Of a stretch of DNA of 46,188 nt, positions 35,450-45,093 are shown one piece after another. How positions within the stretch are numbered: the stretch's first letter is position 1; the number at the start of each line of letters is the position of its first letter. Where the stretch lies: contig DATKOD010000006.1 in assembly GCA_035524755.1 (NCBI GenBank), positions 1 through 46,188 on the forward strand, in the 5' to 3' direction. Position numbers and translations under genes: made by a program. The DNA comes from Minisyncoccota bacterium (GTDB lineage: Bacteria; Patescibacteriota; Minisyncoccia; 2-02-FULL-40-12; GWA2-44-9). The notes under the pieces are model-generated. The model worked only from the letters and a program-made list of their open reading frames with translations, was not told where the DNA came from and made no database searches.

Positions 35450-36901
35450 ATGTTCATGCACCGGGCGTTGTTGTGGGCCCTGGGCGGATTCCTTGCCGGC
35501 GTCGCTTTATGCTCATTTCTCGTGATCGGTCCGGTCGTCCTATGGGCGCTTGCACTGGTGGGGTCTCTCTGTCTTTTGATCAGACGCGGGCGGTTGGTCA
35601 TCATCGGCATCATCCTGTTGGCGGTGTTTCTCGGGGCGTGGCGGACGACGGCTGCGTTCCGGCAGACATCGGTCCTGTCGACGATGGCCGGCACGAAGCA
35701 GACCGTCACGCTCGAGGGCGTCGCGGCGAGCGATTTCACGCTTTCTGCGAGCGGCGGACACTATACGTTCCGCGTGTTGCGCATCGGTGCGACAGCTGTC
35801 GACGACGATGTCGAGGTGTTCGGCGCCGATTGGATACGTCCGAGTTGGGGGCAGGAATTGACCATCACCGGCAAACTGCAGGCACCGAAGAACTCCGGAG
35901 ATTTCGATTACGCATCATACCTTGCCAAGGGTGGTATCCATGCGCTGATGTATTTCCCCACGTACGGTGTTCCGGAGTCCTTGCCGGTCCCGTGGTCGGT
36001 GCGCATCATCCGTCCCTTGTACGTGATGCGCGACGCATTGATATCGTCCGTATTGCGCGCCGTCCCCCAGCCGGAATCCGCGTACATCAACGGCATCATC
36101 TTCGGGACACGGGGGACCATCACGACCGATCTGGCCGACGCATTCGCGCGCACCGGCACCAGTCACATCCTCGCCATCTCGGGTTACAACATCACCATTG
36201 TCGCGGCCGCTCTGATGGCGCTGATGGCGCCCCTGGGCAAACGTCGTTCGTACTGGTTGGTCGTCGGAGGCGTCATCGCGTTCACATTGATGACCGGCGC
36301 CGGTGCGTCGGTAGTACGTGCAGCCATCATGGGAATCCTCGGACTCACCGCGGTGCAACTCGGACGGCGACAGGACGTGGGAACCGGCATCCTCCTGGCC
36401 GCCGCACTGATGTGTGCGTTCAATCCGCTCCTGTTGCGGTGGGATGTCGGGTTCCAGCTCTCGTTCCTGGCGCTCATCGGCATCGCGTACATCGAGCCGC
36501 TCATCCGCTCCGCTCGCGTTCCCGCATCGATGATGCCGCTCGTGGAAGCGGCATCGACCACGATCGCAGCGAACATCTTCGTGATGCCGCTCATCGTGTT
36601 CGACTTTGGGACCCTTGCGCTCTACACACTGCCGGCGAACCTCATCGTGCTACCGCTCGTACCGCTGGCGATGGCGTTGGGATTCGCGACCGGCATCGCA
36701 GGCATCATCATCCCGTTCCTTGGTTCACTGGTCGGCCAGGTTGCGTGGCTGGTCTCCGCGTTCCAGATCGCGGTCATCCGATTCTTCAGCTCGCTTCCGT
36801 ACGCGGCGCCCTCGGTCGCGCTGTCGGTATCGGTACTCATCGCCATCTACGCCGGACTTGTCGCATGGCTCGTCGCCGTGTATCGTACACGACATGTCTG
36901 A
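35450..36901 (+). CDS. comEC: ComEC/Rec2-family DNA uptake channel, short form (483 aa) without a C-terminal metallo-beta-lactamase domain
   Basis: N-terminal OB/DUF4131-like part (TVTLEGVAASD...YTFRVLRIG...ELTITGKLQAPKNSGDFDYASYL). Competence domain (FARTGTSHILAISGYNITIV..., GASVVRAAIMG, LSFLALIGI). TAGGGT at 35437-35442 lies 7 nt before the ATG. Confidence 0.8.
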   Translation: MFMHRALLWALGGFLAGVALCSFLVIGPVVLWALALVGSLCLLIRRGRLVIIGIILLAVFLGAWRTTAAFRQTSVLSTMAGTKQTVTLEGVAASDFTLSASGGHYTFRVLRIGATAVDDDVEVFGADWIRPSWGQELTITGKLQAPKNSGDFDYASYLAKGGIHALMYFPTYGVPESLPVPWSVRIIRPLYVMRDALISSVLRAVPQPESAYINGIIFGTRGTITTDLADAFARTGTSHILAISGYNITIVAAALMALMAPLGKRRSYWLVVGGVIAFTLMTGAGASVVRAAIMGILGLTAVQLGRRQDVGTGILLAAALMCAFNPLLLRWDVGFQLSFLALIGIAYIEPLIRSARVPASMMPLVEAASTTIAANIFVMPLIVFDFGTLALYTLPANLIVLPLVPLAMALGFATGIAGIIIPFLGSLVGQVAWLVSAFQIAVIRFFSSLPYAAPSVALSVSVLIAIYAGLVAWLVAVYRTRHV

Positions 36902-37490
36902 ACGCACATTCGTAATCCTGAAACCTGACACCATCCAGCGGTCGCTGGTCGGCGAGATCATCAACCGTATCGAGCGGACCGGCCTGAAGCTCGTTGCGGT
37001 GAAGATGCTCACCGCATCGGAGGAGAAGCTCCTCGCGCACTACGGCAAGGACGACGCGTGGTACCTGGAGAAGGGCACCAAGCGCGTGAAGCTGATGAAG
37101 GAAGCGGGCAAACCGGTGGACGAGAACCGCCCGCCCATCGAGTACGGCAAAGACATCATCCGCGGCGTGGTCCGGTACATGCAGGCGTCACCCGTGGTCA
37201 TCATGGTGTGGGAAGGCAACCAGGCGGTCGCGGTGGTGAAGAAACTCGTTGGTACGACCGACCCGACCGCATCCGACGTGGGGACCATCCGCGGCGACTA
37301 CCAGTTGGACTCGTACTCGCTGTCGGACGCAGAACAGCGCGGCATCCGCAACCTGGTGCACTGCTCCGACCAGGTCGCCGAAGCCCAACGCGAGATCGGC
37401 ATCTGGTTCTCGACCGACGAACTCCAGGACTACCGTCACATCAACGAGGCGATCCTGCAGGACGTGAACCTGGACGGCACCCGTGAGTAG
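36894..37490 (+). CDS. ndk: Nucleoside diphosphate kinase, long form with an internal insertion (198 aa)
   Basis: ERTFVILKPD, GLKLVAVKM, VIMVWEG, GTTDP..A..GTIRGD, NLVHCSD. About 35-45 extra residues lie between LAHYG and VRYMQASPVV relative to typical ~140-150-aa NDKs. The start overlaps the comEC stop by 8 nt. Confidence 0.85.
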   Translation: MSERTFVILKPDTIQRSLVGEIINRIERTGLKLVAVKMLTASEEKLLAHYGKDDAWYLEKGTKRVKLMKEAGKPVDENRPPIEYGKDIIRGVVRYMQASPVVIMVWEGNQAVAVVKKLVGTTDPTASDVGTIRGDYQLDSYSLSDAEQRGIRNLVHCSDQVAEAQREIGIWFSTDELQDYRHINEAILQDVNLDGTRE

Positions 37491-37508
37491 GGTGGACAAC
37501 GTGGACTT

Positions 37509-37528
37509 GCCCCGCCGACCGGCGGGGC
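37509..37528 (+). terminator. GC-rich hairpin 19 nt after the ndk stop (no T-run)
   Basis: gccccgcc-gacc-ggcggggc. Confidence 0.4.
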
Positions 37529-37679
37529 TATCCTTGAGTCAGCTCGGTTCCGTTCGTATCGAAAACTTAGGACAAACTTCTCTCTACGGGAGCCCCAATC
37601 AGTCCGTCTCCCTTGCTGGAGCCGGAGTGCGGGCACCCACCAGCAGAAATGCTGAGTATTTTTCGGGCGAGCGGCCGGG

Positions 37680-37715
37680 CCACCAGAAAACCGCCGGAGG
37701 GCGGTTTTCTGGTGG
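37680..37715. terminator. Perfect 16-bp hairpin, bidirectional terminator next to the cupin gene stop
   Basis: ccaccagaaaaccgcc-ggag-ggcggttttctggtgg. A-run and T-run lie inside the arms. Confidence 0.75.
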
Positions 37716-37717
37716 GA

Positions 37718-38104
37718 CTATTCGGTGGTGACGCCGTCGAAGTGCTCTTCCACTTCATCGGCTTTCGTGTGCTGGAGCGTGCCGTCCTTGTGGTTGGGCG
37801 GTGAGTAGACCGTGTAGAGTTTCAGCTCGTCGGAACCCGTGTTGATGACGTTGTGGTTCGTACCGGCAGGCACCACGACCGCCCAGCCGTCGGACACCTC
37901 GTGCTCCACGCCGTCCAGGATGACTTTGGCGGTACCGGCCTCGAACCGCAGGAACTGGTCCAGGTGATGGACTTCCATGCCGATCTCTTCACCCGGCTTG
38001 AGCGTCATCAGGACCAACTGGCTGTTCTTCGCCGTATACAGCACGCGGCGGTAGTCCCCATTGGTACGCGTCTCCTCCTCGATGTTGATGATGTAGCCTT
38101 TCAT
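37718..38104 (-). CDS. Cupin-domain protein (128 aa)
   Basis: GEEIGMEVHHLDQFLRFEAGTAKVILDG...VVVPAGTNHNVINTG, a cupin_2-type two-motif pattern. TGaTATCAT lies 6 nt before ATG 38104 on the minus strand. Confidence 0.8.
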   Translation of the reverse strand: MKGYIINIEEETRTNGDYRRVLYTAKNSQLVLMTLKPGEEIGMEVHHLDQFLRFEAGTAKVILDGVEHEVSDGWAVVVPAGTNHNVINTGSDELKLYTVYSPPNHKDGTLQHTKADEVEEHFDGVTTE

Positions 38105-38120
38105 ACCGCAATGATATCAC

Positions 38121-38147
38121 AAGAAACGACCCCCGCGTACGGGGGTC
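38121..38147 (-). terminator. Rho-independent terminator of the 277-aa ORF
   Basis: Minus strand: gacccccg-tacg-cgggggtc followed by gtttctt. Confidence 0.7.
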
Positions 38148-38152
38148 TCGGG

Positions 38153-38986
38153 TCAGAAAAGCGGAATCTTCATCTGCTGAGCGATATGCCGGATGAGGTG
38201 AATGTTCGGCGTCGTGTCGTTGATGCCCAGCTTCTTGAGTTCCTCCAGGCGGTAGCGGAGCAGGCGTTCCACCTCTTCCAGCCGGTCACGGTCGGTCCAC
38301 GACAGGAAGAACGCATCATCCGCGTCGAAGCGCGACTTCACCGACTTGATCCGACGCAGGAGCTCGATGCGTTCTGCCCATAGCGGCTCGATGGCATCGG
38401 CATGTGCGTTGCGTTCGCGCGTGATGCGCTCGGTCAGGGCGTCGAACGACACCTCGCGGCCGAGCGGATTTGCCATGTCCCGCAGAAGGATTTCGGTGCC
38501 GTTCTTCTTTGCCCACGCGAACACAGCTTCGTCGCCGGCGACAACCTCCAGCTTCTGCGTGTCCAGGTGGAGCCAGAACGAGCAGAGGACATCGTCTTTG
38601 ATCGCTCCGTCGACCACGGCGGTGCGCCACTTTCCCAGATCACGCCAGGCGATCGCGTACCGATCCGTGACCAGAGCGACGAGGTGAACCCCGTCGCCGG
38701 CGGTCATGGTGAGTCCGGGCTCCCGAAGAATGCCCAAGCGGTACGACTCTTCGGTGTAGGTCAAATCGGTCCGTATCACGCCGCAGCGGGCACTTCTGGT
38801 CTCCCGCTGGATGACCAGCACGAGCTGATCGATGGCAGCGCGGGCGGCGTCGTGGAGTTTCTGCAGGCGTGCGCCGACCGTGTCGTACATCGCGACGTAC
38901 TCCGGGTTCTTCTGGCTTTCACGGGAGCCCCATGCGGCATGCATGAACTCGTTGACGTTCGTGAACGTCCGCTTTGTATCCGGCAT
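38153..38986 (-). CDS. Hypothetical protein (277 aa)
   Basis: ATG 38986 preceded by GAGGAA at about 6-nt spacing. The ORF-track extension to 39133 reads through the antisense of tRNA-Pro and is rejected. No family recognised. Confidence 0.55.
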   Translation of the reverse strand: MPDTKRTFTNVNEFMHAAWGSRESQKNPEYVAMYDTVGARLQKLHDAARAAIDQLVLVIQRETRSARCGVIRTDLTYTEESYRLGILREPGLTMTAGDGVHLVALVTDRYAIAWRDLGKWRTAVVDGAIKDDVLCSFWLHLDTQKLEVVAGDEAVFAWAKKNGTEILLRDMANPLGREVSFDALTERITRERNAHADAIEPLWAERIELLRRIKSVKSRFDADDAFFLSWTDRDRLEEVERLLRYRLEELKKLGINDTTPNIHLIRHIAQQMKIPLF

Positions 38987-39051
38987 CTCATTCCTCAAAG
39001 AACGACCATGGACTGAATGTCGATGGTACGGTATAGTGTGTAGCACGTTTC

Positions 39052-39125
39052 CGGGCTGTAGTATACCGGTAGTACGCGTCCATGGGGTGGATGTAGACCG
39101 GGTTCGATTCCCGGCAGCCCGACCA
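39052..39125 (+). tRNA. tRNA-Pro (anticodon GGG), CCA encoded
   Basis: Acceptor cgggctg/cagcccg, D-arm gtat..gtac, anticodon arm cgtcc-atGGGgt-ggatg with G37, T-arm ccggg-ttcgatt-cccgg, discriminator A, CCA. A TATAGT box lies at 39031-39036. Confidence 0.85.
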
Positions 39126-39129
39126 CGAA

Positions 39130-39157
39130 GCAAAAACCGCCGTTAGGCGGTTTTTGC
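39130..39157. terminator. 12-bp hairpin, bidirectional terminator for tRNA-Pro (+) and rpmB (-)
   Basis: gcaaaaaccgcc-gtta-ggcggtttttgc. The rpmB stop codon sits in the loop. Confidence 0.75.
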
Positions 39158-39328
39158 GAGAGTCTTGATGCAGTCGGTGCAGATGCGGACCCGTTTGCCG
39201 GCGACCATCGCCCACTGCAGGTTTGGCTTCTTGCGGGTCTTGCCGGTGGGGTTGTAGTGACCGCGCAAAAGGACACGGCTGGTGACCATGCGCGATCCCT
39301 TGTGACATTTGGGACATTTGACTGCCAT
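39143..39328 (-). CDS. rpmB: Ribosomal protein L28 (bL28)
   Basis: MAVKCPKCHKGSRMVTSR...TRKKPNLQW...GKRVRICTDCIK. 61 aa from ATG 39328. Confidence 0.75.
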   Translation of the reverse strand: MAVKCPKCHKGSRMVTSRVLLRGHYNPTGKTRKKPNLQWAMVAGKRVRICTDCIKTLAKTA

Positions 39329-39371
39329 AGCTTGTGGAGGATACACGAAAACTGCTATTCTGGCAAGAGCT

Positions 39372-39992
39372 ATGACACCGCTACTGTTCGGCGCGTTCGA
39401 AATCGTCATCCTCGTCTATTCCGTGGTGCTCCACGAGCTGGCGCACGGCTATGCGGCGCGAGCCATGGGGGACGACACGGCCGAGCGCATGGGACGGCTC
39501 ACGTTGAACCCCTTTGCCCACCTGGACTGGTTCGGTTCGCTGGTATTGCCGCTCCTCACGTGGATCCTGGGCGGGTTCATGTTCGGCTACGCCAAGCCGG
39601 TGCCGTATGACCCGTCGAAGCTCAACGACCGGCGCTGGGGCCCTGCCAAAGTCGGCCTTGCCGGTCCGACCATGAATCTTGCCATCGCGCTGGTGTTCAC
39701 GGCGGTATTCCGGCTCAGCGGTACCGCGCTGAACACGACGGCCGCGATGTTGGTCGTCTACATCATCTCCATCAATGTGGTACTGGCGCTGTTCAACCTG
39801 TTGCCGATCCCGCCATTGGACGGTCACTGGCTTCTGTTCGCCCTGCTGCCCCGTGGGGCATACTACATGCGAGCCCAGCTCTACCGTTATCAGTGGTTCC
39901 TGGTGATTCTGGCGGTATTCGTCATCTTCCCGCTCCTGTTACCGCTCGTGTCGGCGATCCTGCGTCTGTTGACAGGGACCTCCATATTCTGA
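39372..39992 (+). CDS. Site-2 protease family (peptidase M50) membrane metalloprotease
   Basis: HELAHGYAA zinc motif, [20 protein letters not shown]. Multiple TM helices. 206 aa. Confidence 0.85.
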   Translation: MTPLLFGAFEIVILVYSVVLHELAHGYAARAMGDDTAERMGRLTLNPFAHLDWFGSLVLPLLTWILGGFMFGYAKPVPYDPSKLNDRRWGPAKVGLAGPTMNLAIALVFTAVFRLSGTALNTTAAMLVVYIISINVVLALFNLLPIPPLDGHWLLFALLPRGAYYMRAQLYRYQWFLVILAVFVIFPLLLPLVSAILRLLTGTSIF

Positions 39993-39998
39993 TACACT
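39969..39998 (+). promoter_or_regulatory. Promoter for the str operon (TTGACA-N18(TGa)-TACACT), overlapping the 3' end of the M50 gene
   Basis: TTGACA at 39969-39974 and TACACT at 39993-39998. rpsL ATG at 40024. Confidence 0.5.
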
Positions 39999-40023
39999 CT
40001 TTTGCGGCTTTTTATTCAGAGAC

Positions 40024-40437
40024 ATGCCGACATTCAACCAGATCATGCGTCAGCCCCGTCGGATCACCCGGGCGAAAACCAAGTCGCCCGCTTTGGCATT
40101 CGGCTTCAATATCAAGAAGAATCGCCCGGTCTACTACCCGGCACCGTTCAAGCGCGGCGTATGCACCAAAGTCACCACTACGACCCCGAAGAAGCCGAAC
40201 TCCGCGCTCCGGAAGATCGCCCGCGTGCGTCTGACCAACGGGATGGAAGTCACCGCCTACATTCCCGGCATCGGCCATAACCTGCAAGAGCACTCGGTCG
40301 TCATCATCCGCGGCGGCCGTGTCAAAGACCTTCCCGGAGTCCGGTACCACATCGTGCGCGGCATGCTCGACGCTTCCGGCGTGGAAGGACGCAAACAGGA
40401 GCGTTCCAAGTACGGCATGAAGAAGCCCAAGAAATAA
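40024..40437 (+). CDS. rpsL: Ribosomal protein S12 (uS12)
   Basis: [13 protein letters not shown]...[53 protein letters not shown]. Confidence 0.97.
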   Translation: MPTFNQIMRQPRRITRAKTKSPALAFGFNIKKNRPVYYPAPFKRGVCTKVTTTTPKKPNSALRKIARVRLTNGMEVTAYIPGIGHNLQEHSVVIIRGGRVKDLPGVRYHIVRGMLDASGVEGRKQERSKYGMKKPKK

Positions 40438-40439
40438 TC

Positions 40440-40916
40440 ATGCGCCGACCCATCACCCGACGCGCTCCACAGCATCCTGACCAGAAGTACTCCAGCGTAC
40501 TGGTCTCCAAGCTCATCAATTTCATCATGCATGACGGCAAGAAGGCCGTCGCCGCCAACATCGTCTACACCGCCCTGACCAAGGCCGAGGAGATCGCCAA
40601 GAAACCGGCGCTCGAAGTATTGGACGCCGCCATCGCGAACGCCGGTCCGACCATGGAGCTCAAGAGCCGCCGTGTCGGCGGGGCCAACTACCAGGTGCCC
40701 ATCGAGGTCAAACCCGAGCGCCGCGTGCAGCTCGCATTGCGCTGGATGATCGACTCCGCCCGCGCCGGCAAGGGCAAGGCGATGAGCGAGAAACTCGCCG
40801 AAGAATTCGTGAACGCGTTCAACAACGCAGGCAACGCCGTCAAGAAGAAAGCAGACACGCACCGTATGGCGGAAGCGAACCGCGCGTTCGCCCACCTCGC
40901 CTGGGGAAATAGATAA
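40440..40916 (+). CDS. rpsG: Ribosomal protein S7 (uS7)
   Basis: KLINFIMHDGKK, ELKSRRVGGANYQVPIEV, MAEANRAFAH. 158 aa. Confidence 0.95.
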   Translation: MRRPITRRAPQHPDQKYSSVLVSKLINFIMHDGKKAVAANIVYTALTKAEEIAKKPALEVLDAAIANAGPTMELKSRRVGGANYQVPIEVKPERRVQLALRWMIDSARAGKGKAMSEKLAEEFVNAFNNAGNAVKKKADTHRMAEANRAFAHLAWGNR

Positions 40917-40924
40917 TCCGGGGT

Positions 40925-43033
40925 ATGGCTGATTACCCCATCGAAAAGATCCGCAATATCGGCGTGATTGCCCACATCGACGCGGGGAAGACGACCACGT
41001 CTGAGCGTATCCTGTTCTACACCGGCATCAGCCACAAGATCGGCGAGGTGCACGAGGGGGACACGGTCATGGACTGGATGGAACAGGAGCGCGAGCGCGG
41101 CATCACCATCACCGCGGCCGCCACGACCGCTTACTGGGTCCCGACCGATGCCGCCGACAAGGAAGCCGAGAAGGTCAAGCTCAACATCATCGACACTCCG
41201 GGGCACATCGACTTCACCATCGAGGTGAAGCGTTCCCTGCGCGTCCTGGACGGCGCGGTCGTCGTGTTCGACGGCGTTGCCGGCGTGGAGCCACAGTCGC
41301 TGACCAACTGGCGGTACGCCGACGAATACAACGTTCCGCGCCTCTGCTTCATCAACAAGCTCGACCGTCTCGGTGCGAGCTTCGAGCGTTCCTACCAGTC
41401 CATTTTGGAGCAACTCTCGCCGAATGCGGTCCGCTTCCAGATCCCCGACGGTCACGAAGATAAGTTCAACGGCGTCGTTGACCTGTTGACCATGGAATAC
41501 GTCACGTTCGAGGGCGAACGCGGCGAGAAGGTCATCAAGACCAAGGACATCCCCGCCAACCTGGTCGCCGATGCCACGAAGTACCGCCACGAACTCATCG
41601 AGAAACTGGTGGAGTTCGACGATGCGGTCATGTCCGCATACCTGGAAGGGACGGAACCTGATCTGGCGACACTGCGCCGTCTGGCCCGCACGGCGACCTG
41701 CTCCGGCAAGATCTACCCCGTCATGGCCGGCTCGGCGTTGAAGAACAAAGGCGTACAGCTGGTGCTGGATGCCGTCGCATATTACCTGCCGGCGCCGACC
41801 GACGTTCCTGCCATCGCGGGTATCGATCAGAAAACAGGTGCGGAGATCGCCGTGAACCCCGACGAGAATGAACCGTTCCGTGCATTGGCGTTCAAAACGG
41901 CGACCGACCCGTACATGGGTTCGCTGACGTTCTTCCGCGTCTACTCCGGCAAGCTCGCCGCCGGTTCCTATATCCTGAACACGCGTTCCGGACAGACCGA
42001 GCGCATCGCCCGCATCGTGCGGCTGCACGCCAACGAGCGGCAGGAGATCAAGGAGATCTTCGCCGGCAACATCGCCGCGACCGCGGGCATGAAGGACACG
42101 AAGACGGGCGACACCCTGTGCGACCCCGAACACCCGTCCATCCTGGAAGGCATCGACGTGCCCGAGCCGGTCATCAACCTGCGCATCGAGCCAAAGACCA
42201 AGGCCGACCAGGAGAAGATGGGCGTGGCGCTGCGCAAACTGTCCGACGAGGACCCGACGTTCCGCATCGCGACCGACCCGGACACCGGCCAGACCATCAT
42301 CAAGGGAATGGGCGAGCTGCACCTGGAGATCATCGTCGACCGCATGAAGCGCGAGTTCGCCGTCGAGGCCACGACCGGCCGTCCGCAGGTCGCCTACAAG
42401 GAAGCCATCACGACCAACGCGCAGGCGGAAGGCAAGTACATCAAGCAGACCGGCGGCCGCGGTCAGTACGGCCACTGCTGGCTGCGCATCGAACCGCTGG
42501 AGCGCGGCAAAGGGTTCGAATTCGAAGATGAGATCAAGGGAGGCGCCATCCCGCAGGAGTTCGTGCCTGCCATCGAGAAGGGCGTCCGCGAGGCCATCGA
42601 CCGCGGTGTCGTGGCGGGGTTCCCCATCGTCGACGTGAAGGTCACGGTGTACGACGGTTCATACCATGACGTGGACTCCAATGAGATGGCGTTCAAGATC
42701 GCCGGCTCCATGGCGTTCCAGGAAGCGGTCAAACGCGCCAAGCCGGTCATTCTCGAACCCATCATGAAAGTGGAAGTCGTCGTGCCCGACAACTTCCTCG
42801 GCGCCGCGACCGGCGACCTGAACTCGCGCCGCGGACAGATCCTCAATGTGAGCGACCGCGGTTCATTGGGCCTGAAAGTCATCGACTCGCGCGTACCGCT
42901 GTCGGAGATGTTCGGCTACGCGACCGCGATGCGTTCGTTCTCACAGGGCCGTGCGAACTTCAACATGGAATTCTCGCACTACGAACCGGTACCGGCCAAC
43001 ATTGCCACGCAGATCCAGGAGGGTAAGAAATAA
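40925..43033 (+). CDS. fusA: Elongation factor G
   Basis: [42 protein letters not shown]. 702 aa. Confidence 0.97.
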   Translation: MADYPIEKIRNIGVIAHIDAGKTTTSERILFYTGISHKIGEVHEGDTVMDWMEQERERGITITAAATTAYWVPTDAADKEAEKVKLNIIDTPGHIDFTIEVKRSLRVLDGAVVVFDGVAGVEPQSLTNWRYADEYNVPRLCFINKLDRLGASFERSYQSILEQLSPNAVRFQIPDGHEDKFNGVVDLLTMEYVTFEGERGEKVIKTKDIPANLVADATKYRHELIEKLVEFDDAVMSAYLEGTEPDLATLRRLARTATCSGKIYPVMAGSALKNKGVQLVLDAVAYYLPAPTDVPAIAGIDQKTGAEIAVNPDENEPFRALAFKTATDPYMGSLTFFRVYSGKLAAGSYILNTRSGQTERIARIVRLHANERQEIKEIFAGNIAATAGMKDTKTGDTLCDPEHPSILEGIDVPEPVINLRIEPKTKADQEKMGVALRKLSDEDPTFRIATDPDTGQTIIKGMGELHLEIIVDRMKREFAVEATTGRPQVAYKEAITTNAQAEGKYIKQTGGRGQYGHCWLRIEPLERGKGFEFEDEIKGGAIPQEFVPAIEKGVREAIDRGVVAGFPIVDVKVTVYDGSYHDVDSNEMAFKIAGSMAFQEAVKRAKPVILEPIMKVEVVVPDNFLGAATGDLNSRRGQILNVSDRGSLGLKVIDSRVPLSEMFGYATAMRSFSQGRANFNMEFSHYEPVPANIATQIQEGKK

Positions 43034-43037
43034 TCAT

Positions 43038-43340
43038 ATGGACATCGAACATATCAGGAGTCTATTGACGGAGGGGACCGCGGTCGTCATCGCCGAGGAC
43101 GGCAAGACGCCGCTGGTCGTCCGCGAGCTGCATGTAGCGCAGGCCGCGGCAGTGCCCGAGGTGCCGGTCGAGGAGGTTCCCATCTCCAGCCGGTGGCCCA
43201 AGGGCAGGTCGATCAACGAGGAACCCCCTCGTGAGAAGCAGGACCAGATCCTGGAACGGCTCAATAAGGAGATATCGGCCCTCCGGGACCAGATATCCCG
43301 CGATGAGGACGGCGCAGTGGAAAGTATTGACTCCCAGTAG
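43038..43340 (+). CDS. Hypothetical acidic 100-aa protein inserted between fusA and tuf
   Basis: ATG lies 4 nt after the fusA stop. Translation [28 protein letters not shown]...[20 protein letters not shown]. No family recognised. Confidence 0.45.
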   Translation: MDIEHIRSLLTEGTAVVIAEDGKTPLVVRELHVAQAAAVPEVPVEEVPISSRWPKGRSINEEPPREKQDQILERLNKEISALRDQISRDEDGAVESIDSQ

Positions 43341-43452
43341 TAAACCGTATAGAATAACCTTCACATCGGAGTATGCCGCCAGACCAGTAGGGCGTCGGAT
43401 GAGCCCCACCGGTCTGGTGTATCAGCATCTCCCGTATAAACACAACCACACC

Positions 43453-44655
<1,203 letters not shown>

Positions 44656-44687
44656 TCCGCACCGACCCTCCATCATCGTTCATTGCC

Positions 44688-45044
44688 ATGCCAGCCAAGA
44701 AGACAACCAAGAAGAAAGAGCCAAAGAAGAAGGAAGTGAAGGAGCAGCGCATCCGCATCAAGCTTCGCGCCTACGACCATAAGATCCTGGACAAGGCGTC
44801 GCGGCAGATCGCGGACACCATCGAGCGCTACGGCGGCAAGCCCGTCGGCCCGGTGCCGTTGCCCACGGAGATCTCCAAGTTCACCGTGAACCGCGCATCC
44901 TTCATCGACAAATCGGCGCGCGAGCAGTTCGAGATGCGGGTGCACAAGCGCCTCATCGACATCCTCGCACCGACGCCGAAGATCATCGAGGCACTGACCA
45001 ACTTGGCGCTTCCGGCCGGCGTGGACATCGAAATCAAGATGTAG
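44688..45044 (+). CDS. rpsJ: Ribosomal protein S10 (uS10) with a Lys-rich N-terminal extension
   Basis: IRIKLRAYDHKILD, PVGPVPLPT, F.MRVHKRLIDI. Preceded by MPAKKTTKKKEPKKKEVKEQ. Confidence 0.93.
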   Translation: MPAKKTTKKKEPKKKEVKEQRIRIKLRAYDHKILDKASRQIADTIERYGGKPVGPVPLPTEISKFTVNRASFIDKSAREQFEMRVHKRLIDILAPTPKIIEALTNLALPAGVDIEIKM

Positions 45045-45060
45045 GGCAGGAAAGGACATC

Positions 45061-45092
45061 ATCAGAAAACCCCCTCGCGGGGGTTTTCTGAT
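45061..45092 (+). terminator. Strong rho-independent terminator immediately after rpsJ
   Basis: atcagaaaaccccc-tcgc-gggggttttctgat, a 14-bp stem with a T-run in the descending arm. Confidence 0.8.
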
Positions 45093-45093
45093 C

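Noticed and set aside
35473-36915. 480-aa alternative-frame ORF overlapping comEC, and the 601-aa ORF-track model starting at 35096
   Set aside because: The alternative frame is an Arg/Gly/His-rich artefact. The 601-aa model runs through a hairpin, a separate small gene in another frame and a terminator before reaching the ComEC-like sequence.
37491-37717. Assigning the ndk-cupin spacer to SRP RNA, tmRNA, 6S or RNase P RNA
   Set aside because: I could not find the conserved helix-8 GGAA/AGCA motif, a tRNA-like acceptor/T-arm with a tag ORF, or the GAGGAAAGTCC P4 element on either strand. It is kept only as an unclassified candidate.
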